Shown piece by piece: positions 55,537-64,000 of a DNA stretch of 64,000 nucleotides; within the stretch, counting starts at the first letter, position 1, and each line of letters begins with the position of its first letter. The notes below the pieces were generated by a model that had not been told where the DNA came from, made no database searches, and saw only the letters and a program-made list of their open reading frames with translations. This stretch comes from Candidatus Berkelbacteria bacterium (GTDB lineage: Bacteria > Patescibacteriota > UBA1384 > CAILIB01). The DNA is taken from contig JAYUZR010000020.1 of the NCBI GenBank assembly GCA_043751595.1, positions 336 to 64,335 on the forward strand. Direction: 5' to 3'. The position numbers were made by a program, and so were the translations under genes.

Positions 55537-57804
55537 ATGAGTCAGTCCCTCGTGCGGCTTTGCCGCATTGTGGCCCCAGAACGCCTATCAGATCGCTTCC
55601 TTACCTCGGGTGTTCTCACCCAGCAAGAGGGCGATTTTGATGCTCAAAAAAGCGTCATCCTCTGCTACGTTCTCGAGATCACACGTCCCTGGTTCCCCTC
55701 CTCCACTGTGTTTGCAGCGGTGCGTGATGCACTTGCTGAAACCCTGCCATCGCTCACGCCTGGCGAAACCCTCATTGATCAGATCGAAGAACTTCTTCGC
55801 CTGGTTAACCGTCGCCTGGCCGATATCTCTGATCAAGGCGAAACCGACTGGATCGGCAACCTAAACGGTATGATTGTCGCGATTGGCGGCAACGAACTTC
55901 ACTTCTCTCAAGCCGGCAGTATTCCGGCTTATCTCTTGCAAAACAACAGAATCCGTCAGATTACCGACGATCAGCCGCAGCAACAAGATCCTAATCCCCT
56001 CCGCACCTTTGCTAACCTTTCTTCTGGCCAACTCCAAGAAGATGACCGGATCCTCTTTGGTACCCACGAACTCTACCGCGAGCTTTCGCTCGATGCTCTT
56101 CGCCGGATCGTCGGCAAAAGCTCTCCGTATCAGGCGAGCCAGAGCATTCTTCGAGAGCTTAAGCGAGCTAAAAATCCAGGCGTACTAAGTACCATTGTTT
56201 GGTTTGGCGCAACACCAGGAGCTACGGAACCTGATTCTGTTTCCCTAGAAGAAGCCCTGCGCACTCCAATGCAAAAGGTAGTGCACACCGTTACGCCAAT
56301 TGCTCACAAAACGATTCAGCACGGAAAAAGAGCAACTGGAGCCCTAAAAAAGGCAGCTGAAGTTGGCGCCCAGTATGTACAGGAGAAGGCAATTCCTGCC
56401 ACTGGCCGCATCATTAAAGCTGGCGAGAATCAGGCAGAACAGGTCTTCCAAAAGATTGATACTAAGTTTCATACTACCTCCCCTGCCCTTACCGATATTC
56501 CGGTAGAGGACCCTCTGGCCGATGGCACGATTATTATCCGCCTCTATCCTCAGGTAAAAGTAAGGACCAAAACATCTCCGCTAGTTGCGGCTCAGCGCGC
56601 TTTCTTTATTAGCCTCCACAAGCTGGCGCAAGCCTACCGTTGGGTGCAAGCAACGCAACTACGCAGAAGAGTTGGCCTGGCTGGTATTATTGTAGTGTGC
56701 GCCGGCGTTGGCACGCTCGCCATTTATGCCCGCAAGCAGCCGGTTGCTCTTACCCCTACTCAGAGCCAAAATACTACCGTTATTACTCGCCTCCGCGAAA
56801 TTGAGGCTGCGGTAAAGACCGAGACCAATCAAACCACCTTGGCCCAGCTTACCACCGAGGCAAATACCCAGTACGATGCTCTGCAAAGCCCCGGCGAAGG
56901 CCAAAAGCGCGAGGCAGACCGCCTCTGGATAAGTATTACCGACCAACTGGATACCATTACCAAAACGGTTCGCTTTGTTGATTCCACCGAAAGTTACACC
57001 CTACCCGCGGCTGGAAAACAGGTAATTGCCAGCCTGCCCTTTATGTACGCCACCCCAAGCGGCAACCTTACTAGCCTGCTTCGTACCGGCAAGGGGAATG
57101 CTTCCGCCACCCAACGCACGCTTCCTATTACCGGCGACGAAGTACCAGTTGCCCTTACCCGAAGTCTTGAGGCCGATACCGCGGGTTACATTTTTACCAA
57201 CCAGCGCAGCATGTATCGCATCACTCAAGAAGATGCCGAGACTACCCTTCGTAAAGTGGAGCTTGATGGCGGCGAAAAGTTCTCCAGCGGCGATATGATC
57301 GGAACCTACCACGGCAACCTCTATATTGTAGATAGTGTAAACGGGCTCCTCTGGCGCTATGCCACCACCGGTACCGCCTACGGCAAGGGCTCCAGCGTGA
57401 TTGATAAAACCAAGTACGATCTTAAGGGAGCTACTTCCTTTGCAATTGATGGCGCGATCTACCTGCTTAAAAAGGATGGGACGGTCCAGAAGTTTGTCAC
57501 CGGAAAACAGGATACTAATTTTGCCCTTACCGGCATTCCGGAAGCTTCGCCAAAGGTGGTGCAGCCGCTCCAGATTCTTACAAATGAAAATACCGATAAT
57601 CTCTATTTGCTGGATGGCGGCATTACCAGTAGCGCTCGCCCGACTGCCCGTATTTTAGAGTTTAGTAAGAGCGGAAGTTTTATTCGCCAGTTTGCCTTCC
57701 CTGCAAGTGTAACGGCGGTTAAATCGGTTGATATTAGCGAGCAAGAGCGCATGATCTGGGCGTTGAGTGGCGATAAGGTGACGGCATTTAGCCTTCCACA
57801 ATAG
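55537..57804 (+). CDS. PP2C-like domain / TM / beta-propeller protein
   Basis: HFSQAGSIPAYLL...RQIT, LQEDDRILFGT; TM near residue 385; NLYIVD, IDGAIYLL, NLYLLD blades. Confidence 0.8.
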   Translation: MSQSLVRLCRIVAPERLSDRFLTSGVLTQQEGDFDAQKSVILCYVLEITRPWFPSSTVFAAVRDALAETLPSLTPGETLIDQIEELLRLVNRRLADISDQGETDWIGNLNGMIVAIGGNELHFSQAGSIPAYLLQNNRIRQITDDQPQQQDPNPLRTFANLSSGQLQEDDRILFGTHELYRELSLDALRRIVGKSSPYQASQSILRELKRAKNPGVLSTIVWFGATPGATEPDSVSLEEALRTPMQKVVHTVTPIAHKTIQHGKRATGALKKAAEVGAQYVQEKAIPATGRIIKAGENQAEQVFQKIDTKFHTTSPALTDIPVEDPLADGTIIIRLYPQVKVRTKTSPLVAAQRAFFISLHKLAQAYRWVQATQLRRRVGLAGIIVVCAGVGTLAIYARKQPVALTPTQSQNTTVITRLREIEAAVKTETNQTTLAQLTTEANTQYDALQSPGEGQKREADRLWISITDQLDTITKTVRFVDSTESYTLPAAGKQVIASLPFMYATPSGNLTSLLRTGKGNASATQRTLPITGDEVPVALTRSLEADTAGYIFTNQRSMYRITQEDAETTLRKVELDGGEKFSSGDMIGTYHGNLYIVDSVNGLLWRYATTGTAYGKGSSVIDKTKYDLKGATSFAIDGAIYLLKKDGTVQKFVTGKQDTNFALTGIPEASPKVVQPLQILTNENTDNLYLLDGGITSSARPTARILEFSKSGSFIRQFAFPASVTAVKSVDISEQERMIWALSGDKVTAFSLPQ

Positions 57805-57814
57805 GTTACGGATT

Positions 57815-57855
57815 AAAAAAGCCGCAGTCCCCGGAGGGTCTGCGGCTTTTTCTTT
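57815..57855. terminator. bidirectional terminator
   Basis: AAAAAAGCCGCAG...CTGCGGCTTTTTCTTT between convergent genes. Confidence 0.85.
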
Positions 57856-57869
57856 GCGATATTCTGTTT

Positions 57870-59165
57870 TTAGAACGGCGGAGGCGTGGGACTGGGCGCC
57901 GGCGTTGCCAGCGGGTCCCGCGCCTTCACTTCCACCGTGAGGGTGGCGGAAATGAGGTCGCGATTTTCCGTTCCCTCGGCCATCAGGAGCTTGCCGAAGA
58001 CAAGATTATCCAGGCGGCGTAGTGCATCCTGGTGAAAATCGGTCGGTAGCTCGAAGTCGATCGACTCCGTTTTACCGTCCATTCCGTCAAACAAGTAGGT
58101 CAGCTTGGCTTTTATGTCCCACGACGCTGGCAAAGCCGAGCCGAGCCGATTTGCGACCGGAATCAGCAACCCGTAATAGGTCCCGGCGCCCTGAGCGCCC
58201 TGCCCGTTGTCGCGACAAACGAAGTGCGTGATCGTCTCCTGGGGTTTCCCAGGCATCGTGATCTTTACTTCGAGCGTCCCGACTGCCGGCGCCCCGGCTT
58301 TGATCAGAGACCCGAACTGGCCGTCGAAGGCCAGCGTGTGCGTGGGGGCACCCATCGCACGAGTGACGACGCTCCCATCGAGCAGGCGGAAGTCTGATGT
58401 ACCAATCGCAACGGGCAAGCGACGCGGACCGAGGTCGTCGATCGCGTGCCCAGTGGCAATCCAGCCGCCTTTCTGAGGCGAGTAATCAGTGAGGGTTGCC
58501 GAGCCGTAGAGCTCGACTTCCGGACCATACACCGCGAAGAACACGTACTTGCGCCCGGGGGCGAATTCGGTGTCTCTCACGGCACGGCTGGAGCTCACTT
58601 GTCCGCTAATGGGGGTAATCCCCGTCTTGGAGAAGTGAGTGAGATTGATAGACGAAGGCGCTCCTTTCAGCACCCAGGGAATGCGAGGCGGTGTTGTACC
58701 GCCACGACCACGACCGGAGTAGCTGAGCTGCAGCATCTGACTAAAGCTGCGAGCATAGACGCTTTTCGCGTCGTACCCGGACCAAACAGCCGCAACCAAC
58801 TTGCCGTCTGCGGTAACTACCGGACTACCGGAGTCACCTGGTCCAAGCTTCTGATCGGCCTGAGGCAGAATAGCAATCTGATCGTTGCCATTGTCCGCCC
58901 CCGCAGAAATCAATTGAACCTCACGCTTATAGACGCCGGTTCCGGCATCATTCGTGAGAACATAAAGCTTGGTACCTGACGCAAGCGCACGGGTGTCATC
59001 CCACCCAAGCATCCCCGTGTAAGGAAAGATACCGGAGATGAGCTCACCCTTAGGCGTGTCGTAGGTTGCGACGTTACCATCACTCCCTCCACCACAGCCC
59101 GAAATAAGCACTCCGCAAGCAAAAAACATGCAGAGCATCCAATAACGCAACATGTTAACCATCAT
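57870..59165 (-). CDS. high-GC lipoprotein, SpoIVB/S55-like serine peptidase motif
   Basis: ISGC lipobox, GDSGSPV..DGKLV, Pro-rich tail; SD GGAAAGGA. Confidence 0.75.
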   Translation of the reverse strand: MMVNMLRYWMLCMFFACGVLISGCGGGSDGNVATYDTPKGELISGIFPYTGMLGWDDTRALASGTKLYVLTNDAGTGVYKREVQLISAGADNGNDQIAILPQADQKLGPGDSGSPVVTADGKLVAAVWSGYDAKSVYARSFSQMLQLSYSGRGRGGTTPPRIPWVLKGAPSSINLTHFSKTGITPISGQVSSSRAVRDTEFAPGRKYVFFAVYGPEVELYGSATLTDYSPQKGGWIATGHAIDDLGPRRLPVAIGTSDFRLLDGSVVTRAMGAPTHTLAFDGQFGSLIKAGAPAVGTLEVKITMPGKPQETITHFVCRDNGQGAQGAGTYYGLLIPVANRLGSALPASWDIKAKLTYLFDGMDGKTESIDFELPTDFHQDALRRLDNLVFGKLLMAEGTENRDLISATLTVEVKARDPLATPAPSPTPPPF

Positions 59166-59205
59166 GTTTCCTTTCCAACCGAAGCACTTTAAATGTGCTA
59201 GAGAG

Positions 59206-59234
59206 CATTTACTTTAGATTTAATCAAATGTCAA
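59206..59234 (-). promoter_or_regulatory. sigma70 promoter of lipoprotein gene
   Basis: TTGACA-17nt-TAAATG on minus strand. Confidence 0.55.
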
Positions 59235-59274
59235 TCTGTCAGAGGCCTTCTTCTTGGGGCTTTAACCCGCCGCA

Positions 59275-59308
59275 GAAGAGCGCATTTCATTATTGAAATG
59301 CTCTCTTC
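59275..59308 (-). terminator. hairpin after argS
   Basis: GAAGAGCGCATTTCA-ttat-TGAAATGCTCTCTTC. Confidence 0.6.
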
Positions 59309-59315
59309 GAGGCTC

Positions 59316-61079
59316 TTACATACGTGAGGGAACCGGCATTCCTAACACCCCATTCGCCAGCTGCACTAATACGCGTTCGGTAAGTTCAGTTACCGCAATC
59401 CAACGCACCTGCTCATCGCCCGCTGCCTGCATAATGCGGCATTGCTCGTAAAAGCGGTTCGCTGCCTGCGCTACACTAAAGAGGTGATCAGCAACGGTAT
59501 GTGGCGTAAGCGTTACGGCCACTTCAGCCAAAACCTTTGGAGTGGCAAGCAATACAAGGAGCAAGGCGCGCTCGCTTTCGGCCAGATTACTACCAACCCA
59601 AGCGCCAGCCACACCAGCTTTACGCAACACCGCCCGCAAGCGAACAATGGTATACAGAATAGAAGGACCAGTCTTGCCCTCAAAACTGGCAAAACGTGCG
59701 GGATCAAACTTATAATCCGACTTTTTATCGCTAGAGAGATCCCCAAACTTAAGCGCTGCCACCGCTACTTTTTCAGCAATTTCTTGCTGTTCTTCTTCGG
59801 AGTAATCCTTAGCTACACCGGCACGCTGCATAGTTTCTTTAGCGGCGGCAAGCAGGGTATCGATAAGCTCCTCGAGGCGCATTACGCCGCCATCGCGAGA
59901 TTTAAACGGCTTGCCATCTTCTCCGTTAAGCGTGCCAAACCCATGGAAAGTAAGCACTTGATCTTCAGGCACATAGCCGGCCTGGCGGCCAGCATCAAAC
60001 ACTTGCTCAAAGTGCAGTCCCTGACGCTTATCTACCACATAGTGACTCTCATCGAATCCATTTTTGGTTCGATCTACGATGGTGGCGATATCGGTGGTGG
60101 CGTACAGGTAGGCGCCGTCCGATTTAAGCAAAATAAGTGGAGGTGAATCTTCTCCTACCGGAATAATCGTGGCGCCGTTGTCTTGCTTAGCAATTCTTCT
60201 ATCCAGTAAGTCCTTAACGATCCCCGGAATCATATCATTGTAATAGCTTTCGCCGTGCCAATAATCAAAGATAATACCCAATCGCTCATACTGGCGCTTG
60301 GCATCCGCCAAAGAAATCTTTGCAAACTGCCCCCACAGAGCCAAATACCCCCTTCTCCCCTGCTGAAGTTCTAGGGTAGCCTTAAGGGCCGCGGCTTTAG
60401 CTTCGGGATCGGTCTTAGCTAGACCCGATTCAAAAGGATAAATCCGGCCGAGATCTTCGAGCGTTACCGGAGATTCGGTTGGATATTCACCAGCAAACAA
60501 TTCATCGAAGTATGGAAGATCTGGTTGTTCGCGCTGAATACCGATAATTACCATTCCCATTTGAGTGCCCCAATCTCCCTGATGAACATCACCCAGTACT
60601 TCGTGACCGAGCAGCTGCATGAGCCGAATTAGCGAGTTTCCAATAACAGCCGAGCGCATATGCCCTACGTGTAACGGCTTTGCTACGTTTGGCCCACCAT
60701 AATCTACGGCGATTTTCTTCTTTTTCTGAGCCAGTGGAGCGAGCAGTCTATCACTCTCGGCAAGTTGCTCAGCAGCCCTCATTACAACGCTCTCGGAAAG
60801 GCGAAGATTCACAAATCCAGGTCCCGCACTACTTACTTCAGAAAAATCAGTGTCTTTCTGTAAAAACTCAACCACCTGCACAGCAATCTCTTGGGGAGAC
60901 TTTTGCAATTGCTTAGCTAGGGCCAAGGCACCATTCCATTGATAATCGGCAAGATCGGGGCGACCAGAAACCACTACCTCCACTCCGTAATCTTGTATCA
61001 AAAAACCAAGCGCACTGAGCGCATCCGTAATTTTGGCTCGCAAGACCTCAGAAATAACTTCCGACGAGAGGGTGATCAT
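59316..61079 (-). CDS. argS: arginine-tRNA ligase
   Basis: AGPGFVN, PNVAKPLHVGHMRS, GDWGTQMG, KSDG..LYATTD, C-terminal PSRM. Confidence 0.97.
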   Translation of the reverse strand: MITLSSEVISEVLRAKITDALSALGFLIQDYGVEVVVSGRPDLADYQWNGALALAKQLQKSPQEIAVQVVEFLQKDTDFSEVSSAGPGFVNLRLSESVVMRAAEQLAESDRLLAPLAQKKKKIAVDYGGPNVAKPLHVGHMRSAVIGNSLIRLMQLLGHEVLGDVHQGDWGTQMGMVIIGIQREQPDLPYFDELFAGEYPTESPVTLEDLGRIYPFESGLAKTDPEAKAAALKATLELQQGRRGYLALWGQFAKISLADAKRQYERLGIIFDYWHGESYYNDMIPGIVKDLLDRRIAKQDNGATIIPVGEDSPPLILLKSDGAYLYATTDIATIVDRTKNGFDESHYVVDKRQGLHFEQVFDAGRQAGYVPEDQVLTFHGFGTLNGEDGKPFKSRDGGVMRLEELIDTLLAAAKETMQRAGVAKDYSEEEQQEIAEKVAVAALKFGDLSSDKKSDYKFDPARFASFEGKTGPSILYTIVRLRAVLRKAGVAGAWVGSNLAESERALLLVLLATPKVLAEVAVTLTPHTVADHLFSVAQAANRFYEQCRIMQAAGDEQVRWIAVTELTERVLVQLANGVLGMPVPSRM

Positions 61080-62272
61080 GAAATACGAATGCGAGCTAGT
61101 TGGCGCTTTCCTTTTTGAACCAATACACCATCTTCAACAACTGTCAGAGGATTTTCGAGGGTTTCACCATTAACACGCACCCCACCCTGCTCAATAACGC
61201 GGCGACCGTCGCCCTTACTGGTTACCCAGCCAAGTTGAACCAAGAGATCGAGGTAGGTTGTGTCTGGCGCAACGGCAATTTCTTCAATTGTTTCAGGGAG
61301 CTGATGCTGACTAAATTGTGCCTGCCAGTTTTCGGAAGATTCCTGCGCAACTTCGGCTCCGTGATAAAGTTCGACGATTGCCGAAGCAATCTCTAGCTTG
61401 ATATCGCGGGGGTTTTCTCCACTACTCATACGAGTGGCGAGTGTTTCTTGAGTAAAGGGCTGAGCAGAGCGCGGAATCAGCAGCAAGAGCTCGGCCAATA
61501 CATCGTCATGAGCAGACATGGCCTTACCAAACTTATCAGCCGGGGTATCGAGCAAATAAATGCCATTATCCAGGCTTTTACTCATTTTTCGACCATCAAG
61601 ACCGGCGACCAATACATTCATAATGAGCGATTGCTCAGGCTTTCCTGCTTGCTCCTGGAGCGCACGACCAGCTAGCAAATTAAAGCGTTGATCCGTCCCA
61701 CCCAATTCGACATCGGCATTGATAGCGACAGAATCGTAGCCCTGCATAATAGGGTACATAAGCTCGCGCATCGAGACGCGACTACCAGAATCGAGCCTTT
61801 TAGCGACCAGTTCTCGCTTAATAAAATCGTTGACCGAAAAAGCTCCAGCCAGGTAACTAACCTGCGCAAAACTAAGCGGTGCAAGCCACTCACTATTGCG
61901 ATGGAAAAAGATTTGATCAGCTTTTTCTTTGTTCAGAATCATCCAGAGCTGTTCTTCGTAGCGCTGCATATGGCTCTGCACCTCGGCCTCGGAGAGCATA
62001 GGGCGCTCTTTGTCTTTATCGGAGGTATCGCCAATTTGGCCAGTAAAATCGCCAATGATAAGATGGATCTCGTGTCCTAGCTCTTGAAAAGCGCGTAACC
62101 GCCAAATAGGCAACGTGTGCCCCAGGTGCATATTAGGACCGGTGGGATCGATGCCAAGCTTTACCTTTAGAGGGGTTTTTGAGCTACCAATACGAGTAAC
62201 CAGCATTTCTTTGCCGATTACTTCGCTAACACCGTAATGAAGAATGTCTTCTTCGGTAAATGTGAGGTTCAT
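61076..62272 (-). CDS. tyrS: tyrosine-tRNA ligase
   Basis: GIDPT..HLGH, YPIMQGYD, GGTDQ, KMSKS, S4 domain. Confidence 0.97.
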   Translation of the reverse strand: MNLTFTEEDILHYGVSEVIGKEMLVTRIGSSKTPLKVKLGIDPTGPNMHLGHTLPIWRLRAFQELGHEIHLIIGDFTGQIGDTSDKDKERPMLSEAEVQSHMQRYEEQLWMILNKEKADQIFFHRNSEWLAPLSFAQVSYLAGAFSVNDFIKRELVAKRLDSGSRVSMRELMYPIMQGYDSVAINADVELGGTDQRFNLLAGRALQEQAGKPEQSLIMNVLVAGLDGRKMSKSLDNGIYLLDTPADKFGKAMSAHDDVLAELLLLIPRSAQPFTQETLATRMSSGENPRDIKLEIASAIVELYHGAEVAQESSENWQAQFSQHQLPETIEEIAVAPDTTYLDLLVQLGWVTSKGDGRRVIEQGGVRVNGETLENPLTVVEDGVLVQKGKRQLARIRIS

Positions 62273-62312
62273 ACTCTGGCAGCGTAGCTGCTTTTCTGGT
62301 AGGGTTCAACCT

Positions 62313-64000
62313 ATGGTGCGGCCCGAGCGTAAGAAGAAACCCCTATTTAAACTACCTGGCCGCGGTGCTGGGCGTGTTATGTTAGCTAAAAAGAAGGCAA
62401 CATCCGCCAAGGTAGGTATGGCACTTCCCGCTCCCAAGACTTCTTTCTTTAGTAAGTTCAAAAAAAAGAAACTTTCTCCTAAAGGTAATCGTCCACTTCC
62501 GGCAGGTAAAATACTCAAGCCAAAGCGCCCGTTATGGCGTCGCATTCTCCTTGGCTTTGGTATTTTCTTTGCTCTCCTCATTCTTGGCGGAGCTCTTGCC
62601 TTTGGTTACTACGCGCCGCAGCTGCCAAATCCTCGTAAAATTACCGAGCGCACCGTCGATCAATCTACCCAGATTTACGATCGTAACGGAACTAAGCTCT
62701 ACGACTTCCACGGAGATGAAAATCGCACGATTACTACCTATGCAAAAATTAGTCCATTTATTACTAAGGCAGTAGTCGCCACCGAAGACGCAGATTTTTA
62801 TAACCACCACGGCTTTAGCCCAAAGGGTATTTTACGCTCAGTACTTGCCCGCGTAGTGCCAGGGTTTAATCGTGCAGAAGGTGGCGGATCTACCCTTACT
62901 CAGCAATACATTAAGAACGCCCTTCTTACCGACGATCATAGCCTGGATCGTAAGTTGCGTGAGCTTATTTTGGCGATTGAGATTGAGCTTAACTACCCTA
63001 AAAACGATATTCTTACCGGCTACCTCAACGAGATTAGTTACGGTGGCAATATTTACGGTGTAGAAACCGCTTCAGAAACCTTTTTCAATAAGCACGCGAG
63101 CGATGTAACCCTTAGTGAGGCTGCCGTCTTAGCTGCTATTCCTCAGGCTCCAAGTTACTACTCTCCGTACGGAAGTAATCTCGACGATCTTTTTGATCGA
63201 AAAAACTATGTGCTTAGCCGAATGGTAACCACCGGCGCCATTACTCAAGCCGAAGCCGACGAAGCCAAAAAAGCCACTCCCAACAAAGAAAGTCCTGCCT
63301 TTTCTGCTAGTTCAAATCTTACCGCTCCTCATTTTGTGTTTTATGTTCGCCAAAAACTAATCGAGCAACTTGGCGGAGACCCGGTTGATGCAGAAAAACG
63401 CCTCGATACCGAAGGGTTCACCGTTATTACCTCGCTCGATCTGCCCACCCAGCGCATGGCTGAAAAGATTTTGGCCGATATGGGTCCCGGTACCATCGCT
63501 AAATACAATGGAACCAATGCCTCACTTACCGCCATCGATCCTAAAACTGGAGAAGTCTTGGCGATGGTTGGAAGTATCGACTACGAAAAGAGTAAATCTG
63601 GTAACAATAATTTCGCCAACGCCCCGCTACAGCCTGGTTCTTCTATTAAGCCATTGGTATATGCCAGTGCGTTTAGCCCGACAGCTCAAACTAAGATGAA
63701 TCCCGGTAGTACCACCTTTGATGTGCAAACCGATTTTGGTGGAGGCTATAAACCAAACGATTACGACGGCAAGTTCCGTGGGCCCATTAGCAACCGCTCT
63801 GCGCTAGCCGGATCGTTAAACATTCCTACCCTCAAAAACCTGGCCCTAGGAGGAATCGATAACTTCTTAAGCATTGCCCGCGGCCTAGGTATTACCACCT
63901 TTACCGGTACTGCTAACGATTACGGCCTTTCTATCGGTCTTGGTGCTGGAGAAGTGCGTCAGGTAGAGCTTGCTGGAGCCTATACCGCCGTTGCTAATGG
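62313..64000 (+). CDS. class A penicillin-binding protein (PBP1A-like), truncated by window end
   Basis: own translation: Lys-rich N-terminus, TM, EDADFYNHHG, GGSTLTQQYIKN, RKLRE, QPGSSIKP, SLN. Confidence 0.93.
   Translation, partial: MVRPERKKKPLFKLPGRGAGRVMLAKKKATSAKVGMALPAPKTSFFSKFKKKKLSPKGNRPLPAGKILKPKRPLWRRILLGFGIFFALLILGGALAFGYYAPQLPNPRKITERTVDQSTQIYDRNGTKLYDFHGDENRTITTYAKISPFITKAVVATEDADFYNHHGFSPKGILRSVLARVVPGFNRAEGGGSTLTQQYIKNALLTDDHSLDRKLRELILAIEIELNYPKNDILTGYLNEISYGGNIYGVETASETFFNKHASDVTLSEAAVLAAIPQAPSYYSPYGSNLDDLFDRKNYVLSRMVTTGAITQAEADEAKKATPNKESPAFSASSNLTAPHFVFYVRQKLIEQLGGDPVDAEKRLDTEGFTVITSLDLPTQRMAEKILADMGPGTIAKYNGTNASLTAIDPKTGEVLAMVGSIDYEKSKSGNNNFANAPLQPGSSIKPLVYASAFSPTAQTKMNPGSTTFDVQTDFGGGYKPNDYDGKFRGPISNRSALAGSLNIPTLKNLALGGIDNFLSIARGLGITTFTGTANDYGLSIGLGAGEVRQVELAGAYTAVAN

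Noticed and set aside
62306-63699. Short ORF-track ORFs at the window end
   Set aside because: The region is one open PBP1A frame from 62313 running off the window, which the track omitted.

Overview
A 64-kb bacterial chromosomal segment of roughly 45-50% GC by eye, using the standard genetic code (TGA serves as stop in ATGA overlaps). It is most consistent with a Patescibacteria/CPR genome, an inference from compact packing, a truncated HolB, a half-size MFS and a PP2C-like/TM/beta-propeller protein. It opens with a tRNA-Thr/Thr/Tyr-rpmG-tRNA-Trp cluster, followed by about 24 kb of small accessory genes (VOC, NUDIX, GNAT, DUF1801, HIT, IMPase, folE, a beta-lactamase-like protein, a BRO pseudogene, a 5-hmdU-DNA-kinase-like protein). 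Next come nrdAB with an NrdR box and class Ic residues in NrdB, then msrAB, rpmB, bcp and mutY. A five-gene GH81/GT2/GT-C/CesA-like/HlyD-like operon follows, then a PadR pair, tRNA-Pro, argS, tyrS and a partial PBP1A. Best candidates for new biology: (1) a translationally coupled, putative beta-1,3-glucan synthesis/decoration/export operon; (2) a conserved ~80-90 bp palindromic element directly upstream of two different tRNA genes 55 kb apart, plus structured duplications of tRNA 3' ends; (3) a pervasive TANNNT-6nt-ATG leaderless signature, contrasting with isolated SD-led orphan genes; (4) a chromosomal homologue of a phage DNA-hypermodification kinase. No CRISPR array, integrase, transposase or rRNA was found. 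All protein family calls are motif recognition by eye, not database results.
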